A stretch of 64,000 bases of DNA from contig MHGF01000029.1 of assembly GCA_001805445.1 (NCBI GenBank), forward strand, positions 4,270 to 68,269. The letters run 5' to 3'. A program made the position numbers and the translations under genes. Positions within the stretch are counted from its first letter, which is position 1. Every line of letters begins with the position of its first letter. Positions 19,569 to 27,361 of the stretch are shown one piece after another. The notes under the pieces were generated by a model that made no database searches, was not told the origin of the DNA, and was given only the letters and a program-made list of their open reading frames with translations. This stretch comes from Omnitrophica WOR_2 bacterium GWF2_43_52 (GTDB taxonomy: Bacteria; Omnitrophota; Gorgyraeia; Gygaellales; UBA12090).

Positions 19569-19738
19569 CCTAAAGCCCGACTTTGAGATATTATAAATAT
19601 TCGTTTAAGGAAAGGATAAGTGATAAATTATGAATGATAAATTTAAATTTTCCCCCCTCCATGTTTTTATGCAGGCTATTCTTGTCGTAAGGTACAACGT
19701 AAAACTTATCATTTATAACTTATAATTCATAATTTCTA

Positions 19739-22700
19739 ATGAACAGCCGTCAAAACTTAGAAAAATACGGGCTTTATGATTCGCGCTTTGAACATGATTC
19801 CTGCGGCGTGGGTTTTGTCTGCGACATTAAGGGAAGAAAGGCAAATGCCATTGTTACGCAGGGCGTAACTGTGCTTAAGCGCCTTTCGCATAGGGGCGCA
19901 ACCGGCGCGGATCCAAAAACAGGAGACGGGGCAGGGATACTTATTCAGACGCCTCATGAATTCTTTTGCAAAGCCGCGGAAGCCGCAAAAATTACCCTCC
20001 CGCCTTTTGGAGAATATGCTTCGGGTTTAGTGTTTTTGCCTACCAACGCCAAGGAAAGAAAGTTCTGCAAAGAAGTATTTGCCCAAAGTATAAAAAAAGA
20101 GGGGCAAACTCTCTTAGGCTTTAGAAAAGTTCCTGTTGATAGTTCTGTTATCGGTAAAGCGGCGCAAGATAGCCAGCCGGTGATTGAGCAGATATTTATT
20201 GGCAAAGATAGAAGTAATAGTACGGGGTTCAGGGGACAGCCTGCCTGCCGGCAAGGTAGGGGTTCAGGGGACAAGCCGCAGGCAAAAAGTCAAGAGTCTC
20301 TCGAATTTGAGAGGAAGCTTTATGTTATCCGAAAGCAGGTAGAAAATACCATTCGCTCGTCAAATTTAAAACAAAAATCATTCTTTTATATCCCTAATCT
20401 TTCCAGCCGCACGTTTTCCTATAAAGGCCTGCTGATGCCTGAGCAGGTGGATAAATTTTTCCTTGATTTGCAAGACGAGAGCATAAAAAGCGCGATCTGC
20501 CTGGTGCATTCACGGTATTCAACTAATACCTTCCCGACATGGGATTTGGCGCAGCCGTTTCGGTTCCTGGCGCACAATGGCGAGATAAATACCTTACGCG
20601 GCAATGTTAACTGGATGTCAGCGCGCGAGGGATTATTAAAAAGCGAGCTTTTCGGTAAAGATATTCAGAAGCTAAAGCCGGTTATCGTGCCAGGGGGAAG
20701 TGACTCGGCAATGCTGGATAACGCCTTTGAATTGCTTGTGCTTTCCGGAAGGCCCATTTATCATGCCATGATGATGTTGATTCCGGGCGCGTGGGAACAG
20801 CATGCGTTAATGGATGAGAAACTCAAAGACTTTTATAAATACCATGCCTGTTGTATGGAGCCGTGGGATGGCCCTGCCGCGATTGCCTTTACTGATGGTA
20901 TCCAAATAGGCGCGGTGCTCGACAGAAACGGCCTTCGCCCGGCGCGGTATGTGGTGACTAAGCAAGATTTAGTGGTTATGGCATCGGAAGTGGGGGTATT
21001 GGATATTCCTGCTTCAGACATTGTTACTTCAGGCAGGCTTGAACCGGGGAAGATGTTTTTTATAGATACCCAAGAGCAGCGCATTATTAACGATGATGAG
21101 GTAAAGCAGAGGGTATCCCGCCAACGGCCCTATGGAGCGTGGCTTAAGGAGAACCTGTTAGAGTTTGATGCGTTGACAAGAAAGACGAAGGACGTGGGAC
21201 GAAGGACGAAGGACGATTATGACATACTGACGCAACTCAAAGCTTTTGGGTATACTCGCGAAGATTTAAAAGTTATCATCAAGCCAATGGCTGAGGAAGG
21301 AAAAGAGCCTACGGGCTCAATGGGTAATGATGTGCCCCATGCCGTGCTTTCTAAGCATCCTCAGGTCCTGTATACTTATTTTAAACAACTCTTCGCCCAG
21401 GTTACCAATCCGGCGATAGACCCTATCAGAGAAGAATTGGTGATGAGCCTTTTTAGTTTTGTGGGCTCGCAGAAGAACATCCTGGATGAAACTCCGCAGC
21501 ACGCGCATAAATTACTGGTGAAAGAGCCCATTCTTACCAATGACGGCTTAGAGCGGTTTCGCGCAATCAAAGAAAAGGGGTTTAAATCCAAGATAATCTC
21601 TATACTTTCTCCCGCGGAAGGCGCGAAAAAAGATAAAAAAAGCGGCTTCCTAAAAACCCTTAACCGTATCTGCCAAGAGGCGGCCTCCGCTATAAAAAAA
21701 GGTTATAGTTTTATTATTTTAAGCGACCGTGGGGTGAATAAAAACTATATGGCCTTACCCGCGCTTTTAGCGGTGGGCGCGGTGCATCATTATCTGGTCA
21801 AAAAGGCATTACGCACCCAAATCGGTATTATTTTAGAGGCTGCCGAGCCGCGGGAGGTGCATCATTTTGCTTTATTATTCGGTTATGGCGCTGATTGTAT
21901 TAATCCCTACTTGGCATATGAGGCAATTAAACACCTCATTAATGAAGGCCAGTTAAACTTAGAGCCTGAAAAGGCATTAGAAAATTACCGCCATGCCCTT
22001 GATAAAGGAATATTAAAAATACTCTCTAAAATGGGTATTTCAACCTTACAGAGTTATCGGGGCGCCCAGATATTCGAGGCTTTGGGGATACATCAGGAAG
22101 TCATTGACAAATGTTTTAGCGGGACTGTTTCGCGTATCGGCGGAGCCGGCTTTCAGGAAATTGCCGAGGAGACACTGCTTAGGCATACAGCCGCGTTTTC
22201 TGAAAATTTATTGCACTTCCCTTATTTAGCAAGCGGCGGCGTATATCAATGGAAAAAAGACGGAGAATACCATCTTTGGAATCCGGACACTATCGCCGCG
22301 TTACAGGATGCCGCCCGGCGCGGGGACCATAAGAAATATAAAGAATTCGCAAGCCTCATTAACGACCAGTCTAAAAATCCCACTACCTTACGAAGCCTGC
22401 TGAAATTTTTCTCCGAAGGCTCATCCGCCTCTGGCGGAAAACATACCAAAGCGATTTCTATAGACAAGGTTGAGCCGGCGCAGGCATTATTTAAGCGTTT
22501 GGCTACAGGAGCGATGAGTTTTGGCTCTATCTCCCGCGGCGCCCATGAAAATTTGGCCTTTGCCATGAATAAGCTTGGCGGCCGTTCAAACACCGGTGAA
22601 GGCGGCGAAAACCCTGAACGCTTTAAACCCCTTCCTAATGGTGCATCAGCTCGCAGTGCCATAAAGCAGGTAGCTTCGGGTAGGTTTGGGGTTACTGCCA

Positions 22701-24394
22701 ATTATTTAGTTAATGCAGATGAGCTGCAGATAAAGATTGCCCAAGGCGCAAAACCCGGAGAAGGAGGCCAGCTCCCCGGGCATAAGGTAAGCGCGATTAT
22801 CGCCAAAACCCGTTATACTACCCCGGGAGTAACCCTTATTTCACCGCCCCCGCATCATGATATTTACTCTATTGAAGACCTGGCGCAATTGATATTTGAT
22901 TTAAAGAATGCCAACCCCCGGGCGCGTATAAGCGTAAAATTAGTTTCAGAAATCGGCGTAGGAACCATTGCCGCGGGCGTGGCAAAGGGGCACGCGGATA
23001 TGATTTTGATTTCAGGTGGTGACGGCGGCACGGGAGCGTCTCCGGCGAGCTCGATTAAACATGCCGGGCTCCCCTGGGAATTGGGAATTTCTGAAACCCA
23101 TCAAACGCTTGTGCTTAACGATTTAAGGAGCCGGGTGCGCCTTCAGACAGACGGACAAATGCGTACCGGACGCGACATAGCGATAGCCGCGATTTTAGGG
23201 GCTGAGGAATACGGTTTCTGTACCGCGGCGTTAATCATTTCAGGGTGTGTGATGCTCCGGCACTGCCATTTGAATACCTGTTCTGTGGGGGTAGCCACGC
23301 AGGATGTGATGTTAGAAAAAAGATTTAGCGGCAAGCCCGAATACCTGGTTAATTATTTTACTTTCGTGGTAGAAGAATTGCGGGAGATTATGGCCTCTTT
23401 GGGGATAGCCAAGCTTGATGATATGATTGGCAGGACCGAGCTTTTAGAAGTTAATTCAGAAATTATTCCCTGGAAGGCGAAAAGAATAGACTATTCCCGT
23501 ATCTTGTATAAGCCTAAAGCCCCAAAATCTATCGGCACCTATTGCATGATTACCCAAGATCACGGTATTGATACAATCTTAGACCGTAAGCTGATTGAGC
23601 TTTCCAAACCCGCATTGGAAAAGGCTCAAGGAGTAACGATAACTTTACCCATTGAGAATGTGAACAGGACAACCGGAGCGATGTTAAGCGGTGAAGTCTG
23701 CAGGCGTTATGGCGAAGAGGCATTGCCCGATGGGACCATCACTTGTAAGTTTAAGGGAATCGCGGGGCAGAGCTTTGGGGCATTTTTGGCAAAGGGCATT
23801 ACCTTTGAGCTTGAGGGCATGGCAAATGATTATGTGGGTAAGGGTATTTCCGGCGGTAAAATTATTATCTATCCGGATAAGCGGGCAACATATGTCTCCG
23901 AAGAAAACATTATTATAGGAAATACCACTTTTTACGGGGCAATTACCGGCGAGGCATATATTCGCGGTGTTGCCGGTGAGCGCTTTTGTATACGAAATTC
24001 TGGGTTATTCTCGGTGGTAGAGGGCGTGGGTGACCACGGCTGTGAGTATATGACCGGCGGCAGGGTAATAGTGCTGGGTAGAACAGGACGAAATTTTGGC
24101 GCGGGTATGTCCGGCGGAATTGCGTATGTGTACGATAAAAATGGCGACTTCAAAAATAAGTGCAATATGGAGATGGTGGCATTAGAAAAGTCTGATGCCG
24201 ATGATGAGCTTACCATACGCGATTTACTGCATAATCATTACCGTTATACCAATAGCCCTGTGGCCAAGCAGATGCTTGATAATTTTAATGATACGCTCAA
24301 GAAATTTGTAAAGGTTATGCCGCTTGAGTATAAGCGGATTTTAGAACAGAAGAAGCTGGAGAAGAAGCTGGATTTGGCGGAAGTGTCGGATTGA
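19739..24394 (+). CDS. gltB: Glutamate synthase (GOGAT) large subunit
   Basis: 1551 aa. N-terminal amidotransferase Cys (MNSRQNLEKYGLYDSRFEHDSCGVGFV), FMN/Fe-S central domain, and a C-terminal GXGXG domain. Two in-frame low-complexity insertions are encoded by tandem repeats. Confidence 0.9.
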   Translation: MNSRQNLEKYGLYDSRFEHDSCGVGFVCDIKGRKANAIVTQGVTVLKRLSHRGATGADPKTGDGAGILIQTPHEFFCKAAEAAKITLPPFGEYASGLVFLPTNAKERKFCKEVFAQSIKKEGQTLLGFRKVPVDSSVIGKAAQDSQPVIEQIFIGKDRSNSTGFRGQPACRQGRGSGDKPQAKSQESLEFERKLYVIRKQVENTIRSSNLKQKSFFYIPNLSSRTFSYKGLLMPEQVDKFFLDLQDESIKSAICLVHSRYSTNTFPTWDLAQPFRFLAHNGEINTLRGNVNWMSAREGLLKSELFGKDIQKLKPVIVPGGSDSAMLDNAFELLVLSGRPIYHAMMMLIPGAWEQHALMDEKLKDFYKYHACCMEPWDGPAAIAFTDGIQIGAVLDRNGLRPARYVVTKQDLVVMASEVGVLDIPASDIVTSGRLEPGKMFFIDTQEQRIINDDEVKQRVSRQRPYGAWLKENLLEFDALTRKTKDVGRRTKDDYDILTQLKAFGYTREDLKVIIKPMAEEGKEPTGSMGNDVPHAVLSKHPQVLYTYFKQLFAQVTNPAIDPIREELVMSLFSFVGSQKNILDETPQHAHKLLVKEPILTNDGLERFRAIKEKGFKSKIISILSPAEGAKKDKKSGFLKTLNRICQEAASAIKKGYSFIILSDRGVNKNYMALPALLAVGAVHHYLVKKALRTQIGIILEAAEPREVHHFALLFGYGADCINPYLAYEAIKHLINEGQLNLEPEKALENYRHALDKGILKILSKMGISTLQSYRGAQIFEALGIHQEVIDKCFSGTVSRIGGAGFQEIAEETLLRHTAAFSENLLHFPYLASGGVYQWKKDGEYHLWNPDTIAALQDAARRGDHKKYKEFASLINDQSKNPTTLRSLLKFFSEGSSASGGKHTKAISIDKVEPAQALFKRLATGAMSFGSISRGAHENLAFAMNKLGGRSNTGEGGENPERFKPLPNGASARSAIKQVASGRFGVTANYLVNADELQIKIAQGAKPGEGGQLPGHKVSAIIAKTRYTTPGVTLISPPPHHDIYSIEDLAQLIFDLKNANPRARISVKLVSEIGVGTIAAGVAKGHADMILISGGDGGTGASPASSIKHAGLPWELGISETHQTLVLNDLRSRVRLQTDGQMRTGRDIAIAAILGAEEYGFCTAALIISGCVMLRHCHLNTCSVGVATQDVMLEKRFSGKPEYLVNYFTFVVEELREIMASLGIAKLDDMIGRTELLEVNSEIIPWKAKRIDYSRILYKPKAPKSIGTYCMITQDHGIDTILDRKLIELSKPALEKAQGVTITLPIENVNRTTGAMLSGEVCRRYGEEALPDGTITCKFKGIAGQSFGAFLAKGITFELEGMANDYVGKGISGGKIIIYPDKRATYVSEENIIIGNTTFYGAITGEAYIRGVAGERFCIRNSGLFSVVEGVGDHGCEYMTGGRVIVLGRTGRNFGAGMSGGIAYVYDKNGDFKNKCNMEMVALEKSDADDELTIRDLLHNHYRYTNSPVAKQMLDNFNDTLKKFVKVMPLEYKRILEQKKLEKKLDLAEVSD

Positions 24395-24404
24395 TAATAG
24401 TTGA

Positions 24405-24580
24405 ATAGTTACGCGGGTCCTGCCAGGGTTGTATTTTCGCAGGGACGTTCGTCCGCCGTAGGCGGACTCACTCGGCGTAAATTTTTGCACCCGCCACGGA
24501 AGTAATAGCGGGGCCAAGCTGCAAAAATTTTCGTACGCCCCGCTCAAACACAACCCTGTCACCCGCTATAAGTGTTAAGA
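24405..24580. repeat. Nested inverted repeats (about 170 nt) in the gltB-gltD spacer
   Basis: The outer pair is GCGGGTCCTGCCAGGGTTGT ... ACAACCCTGTCACCCGC. The inner pair is GGCGTAAATTTTTGCA ... TGCAAAAATTTTCGTACGCC, and a central hairpin is CCGCCGTAGGCGG. Confidence 0.55.
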
Positions 24581-24599
24581 ATTATTCGGAGAGTTCCTA

Positions 24600-26081
24600 A
24601 TGGCAGTTGATATCAAAGGTTTTTTAAAGGTGAAACGCGGGCATGCTGAATATCGGCCGGTCTGCGAGCGCGTTAAGGACTATAAGGAGGTCATTGTCTT
24701 AAGGAGCGCTTCGCAATCTGAGGAGCAAGGCTTGCGTTGTATGGACTGCGGCACGCCGTTTTGCCATTTTGGCTGCCCGGTTGGCAATTATATCCCGGAA
24801 TGGAATGAGTTGGTGGCATCCGGCAAGTGGCAGAAGGCATTTGAGCTCCTTAATGCCACTAATACTATGCCGGAGATTACCGGGAGGCTTTGCCCGGCAT
24901 TATGCGAATATGCTTGTGTATTAGGAATTAACGATGACCCTGTAACTATACGAGAGAATGAATTAGCAATTATAGAAACTGCCTTTAAAGAAGGATTTAT
25001 TAAGCCGCAGCCTCCTAAGAAGCTCACCGGAAAAAAGGTCGCGGTAGTCGGCTCAGGCCCCGCGGGGTTATCAACTGCCAGCCAGTTAAATAAAGCAGGC
25101 CATACGGTCGTGGTATTTGAAAAGTACACGCACGCAGGAGGTATTTTACGTTACGGCATCCCTGATTTTAAACTTGAGAAACGGGTGATTGATAGGCGCG
25201 TTGCTATCTGGAAAAAAGAAGGAATAAAGTTTAAGACCAATATTAATGTGGGTATAGATTATCCGGCCTCAAAATTATTAAAAGAATTTGACGCGGCCTG
25301 CCTTGCCGGCGGCTCAAGGGTTGCGCGCGATTTAAAGATAGAGGGCAGGGAATTAGCCGGGATTCATTTTGCCATGGATTATTTGATTCAGTCTAACCAG
25401 AGGGCTAGTGAAGAAAAACCAAACCCGCATTGGAAAAATTCCAATGCGGGTTTGGAAGTAGGTCAGCTTATTGATGCCAAAGGAAAGCGTGTATTGGTAA
25501 TCGGCGGAGGGGATACTGGTGCTGATTGCGTGGGGACTGCCAATAGGCAGGGCGCGTCTTGTGTGGTGCAGATAGAGGTTATGCCTAAGCCGCCTGAATG
25601 CCGCACTGAAGATATGCCCTGGCCAAGATATCCGATGCTGCTAAAAACTTCTTCAAGCCATGAAGAGGGTGGAGAGCGCCAATGGGCGGTTTTAACTAAA
25701 AAGTTTATCGGTGAAAATGGAAAGGTTACAAAGGTTTCTTGTGTAAGGGCGGAATTCCCGGGAAAAGACGCCAAAGGCTGCCCTGTGATGAGAGAGGTTG
25801 CGGGAAGCGAATTTGAGATTGAAGCGGACCTGGTAATTTTGGCAATAGGTTTTGTCCATCCCGAGCATGAAGGTTTGTTAAAAGGGTTAAAAATAGAGTT
25901 AGATTCCCGCGGTAACGTCAAAACCGACGAGAACTATATGACTTCCAAGAAGGGTGTGTTTTCCGCAGGCGATATGCGCAGGGGTCAATCCCTGATTGTC
26001 TGGGCAATCCACGAAGGCAGGCACGCAGCCCGCGCTATTGACGCCTACCTTATGGGTAAATCTTCATTACCCATTCTTTAA
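24600..26081 (+). CDS. gltD: Glutamate synthase small subunit (NADPH-dependent)
   Basis: 493 aa. N-terminal Fe-S Cys clusters (CMDCGTPFC, CPALCEYAC) and an FAD/NAD Rossmann motif (VAVVGSGPAGL). Confidence 0.9.
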   Translation: MAVDIKGFLKVKRGHAEYRPVCERVKDYKEVIVLRSASQSEEQGLRCMDCGTPFCHFGCPVGNYIPEWNELVASGKWQKAFELLNATNTMPEITGRLCPALCEYACVLGINDDPVTIRENELAIIETAFKEGFIKPQPPKKLTGKKVAVVGSGPAGLSTASQLNKAGHTVVVFEKYTHAGGILRYGIPDFKLEKRVIDRRVAIWKKEGIKFKTNINVGIDYPASKLLKEFDAACLAGGSRVARDLKIEGRELAGIHFAMDYLIQSNQRASEEKPNPHWKNSNAGLEVGQLIDAKGKRVLVIGGGDTGADCVGTANRQGASCVVQIEVMPKPPECRTEDMPWPRYPMLLKTSSSHEEGGERQWAVLTKKFIGENGKVTKVSCVRAEFPGKDAKGCPVMREVAGSEFEIEADLVILAIGFVHPEHEGLLKGLKIELDSRGNVKTDENYMTSKKGVFSAGDMRRGQSLIVWAIHEGRHAARAIDAYLMGKSSLPIL

Positions 26082-26253
26082 TAAAAAATTTAAAAACTAA
26101 TTTATATCTTGGCTTGATTTTTTTCTGATACATGTTATACTTTGTATAGAAATATGATTTTTATATGTATATAGATAAGCAATTCGCGCATACAAGTTAT
26201 GTTCACCTGCCGCTTTGCGGCGGTTCCATAACTTGTGCGCTCATTAAGGAGGT

Positions 26254-26544
26254 GTGATGGTAACTACCTTTGAGAAGAAGCAGATTGTCAGCAGTACAGA
26301 GCTTGTGCGGTCATTTAAAAAGTATGAAAATGAACTCCCCTTAGGAGATATTTTTATATTTAAACGCAATGCCCCTGAGGCTGTATTAATGGATTATTCC
26401 CGCTACGAGAAAATAAAGCAAAAGCTGGAAGAATTGGAAGAATTATTGGAGCATATAACTATTTATGAAATGGCTCAGCAAAGAAAATCCAGCCCAGCCA
26501 AGAAGGTCTCTTTAGAAAAACTGAAGAAGCAATATGGTTTATAG
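26254..26544 (+). CDS. Phd/YefM-type antitoxin
   Basis: Small acidic protein overlapping the downstream RelE/ParE-like gene by 11 nt. Confidence 0.55.
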   Translation: MMVTTFEKKQIVSSTELVRSFKKYENELPLGDIFIFKRNAPEAVLMDYSRYEKIKQKLEELEELLEHITIYEMAQQRKSSPAKKVSLEKLKKQYGL

Positions 26545-26842
26545 CCTAAAGTGGAAGCCGGAAGCCGAACGGGAATTTAAGAATCTTGATAAAGCAATTC
26601 AAAGGCAGGCATTTGCTCAGTTTAAAAAGTTGGAAAATTCGCCAGAACTTGGTGAACATTTAGGAGATAAGGCGGGTTTTGACCTTACAGGTTACAGAAA
26701 GCTTTATTTCTTTAAGAAAAAATACAGGGTAGTTTATGAGCTTGACTTAAGAAATAAAGAGGTCATTATCTATGCCATCGGCAAGCGGGAAAATATGAAG
26801 GTTTATCAAGAGCTTGCCAGGCGATTAGGAAAAGTGAAATAA
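26534..26842 (+). CDS. RelE/ParE-family toxin
   Basis: 102 aa basic protein with RelE-like length and a terminal KxxR...Y pattern. Paired with the upstream antitoxin. Confidence 0.6.
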   Translation: MVYSLKWKPEAEREFKNLDKAIQRQAFAQFKKLENSPELGEHLGDKAGFDLTGYRKLYFFKKKYRVVYELDLRNKEVIIYAIGKRENMKVYQELARRLGKVK

Positions 26843-26929
26843 TTCAGCTTTCCCGACTTTGTTGCATGCATTATTTGTAACGCTTTGTTTACCAATGAGT
26901 TCTGATAGATTTTTACGCATTGATTCACT

Positions 26930-27010
26930 AACACGAATGCAAACGGATTGTAGCGGATGCAGACAGATTGTTTTTATCCGCGACATCCGTAATCATCCGT
27001 CTGAATCAGT
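26930..27010. repeat. Palindromic array with CGGAT/ATCCG core
   Basis: aacggatt gtagcggat gcagacagatt ... atccgcgac atccgtaatc atccgtctgaatc. Confidence 0.5.
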
Positions 27011-27098
27011 ATATCTAAAAACACAGGTTCATTAAAAACTATGTTTTATCTTTAACTCAAAAGTTGCAACAAACTTAAGAAACTATCGAAATAATAAC

Positions 27099-27127
27099 TT
27101 GACAAAATAAGTTTCTATGATATACTT
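27099..27127 (+). promoter_or_regulatory. Sigma-70-like promoter (TTGACA-N16-TATACT)
   Basis: ttgaca aaataagtttctatga tatact. It would drive a short transcript ending at the 27207-27250 terminator, or an attenuated leader of the giant gene. Confidence 0.35.
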
Positions 27128-27206
27128 TAAATAAGTATTTAACAACAATTAGCTTATATATGTTGCTGGTGTATGGAGGTACGCCAACAACGTAACTAAT
27201 ATATAA

Positions 27207-27250
27207 TGCCGGATTGCCAAAAATGGTCAGTCCGGCATTTTTTATTTTTT
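27207..27250 (+). terminator. Rho-independent terminator/attenuator upstream of the giant gene
   Basis: tgccgga-ttgccaaaaatggtcag-tccggca followed by ttttttatttttt. Confidence 0.5.
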
Positions 27251-27361
27251 GTCCATAACCAAACCCCGCAACCTACGCGGTTGACTTTTTTCCCCGACGG
27301 TAAATTTCCGCAACCTCCGCGGTTGACTTTGGTAAGGGGTTTTTATAGGAGGATTACAAAG

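Noticed and set aside
19954-20274. Minus-strand ORFs listed in the six-frame track inside gltB, glnN, atpA/atpD, pyrG and ptsI
   Set aside because: Span shown is one representative, the minus-strand ORF opposite gltB. All of them lie antisense to long, strongly supported coding regions and show no homology signal. They are treated as frame-shadow ORFs.
27206-27361. Upstream extension of the giant ORF (MPDCQKWSVRHF...)
   Set aside because: The extension runs through the terminator hairpin and the 33-bp direct repeats and has no RBS. The ATG at 27362 has a perfect AGGAGG and begins a signal peptide, so the true start is 27362.
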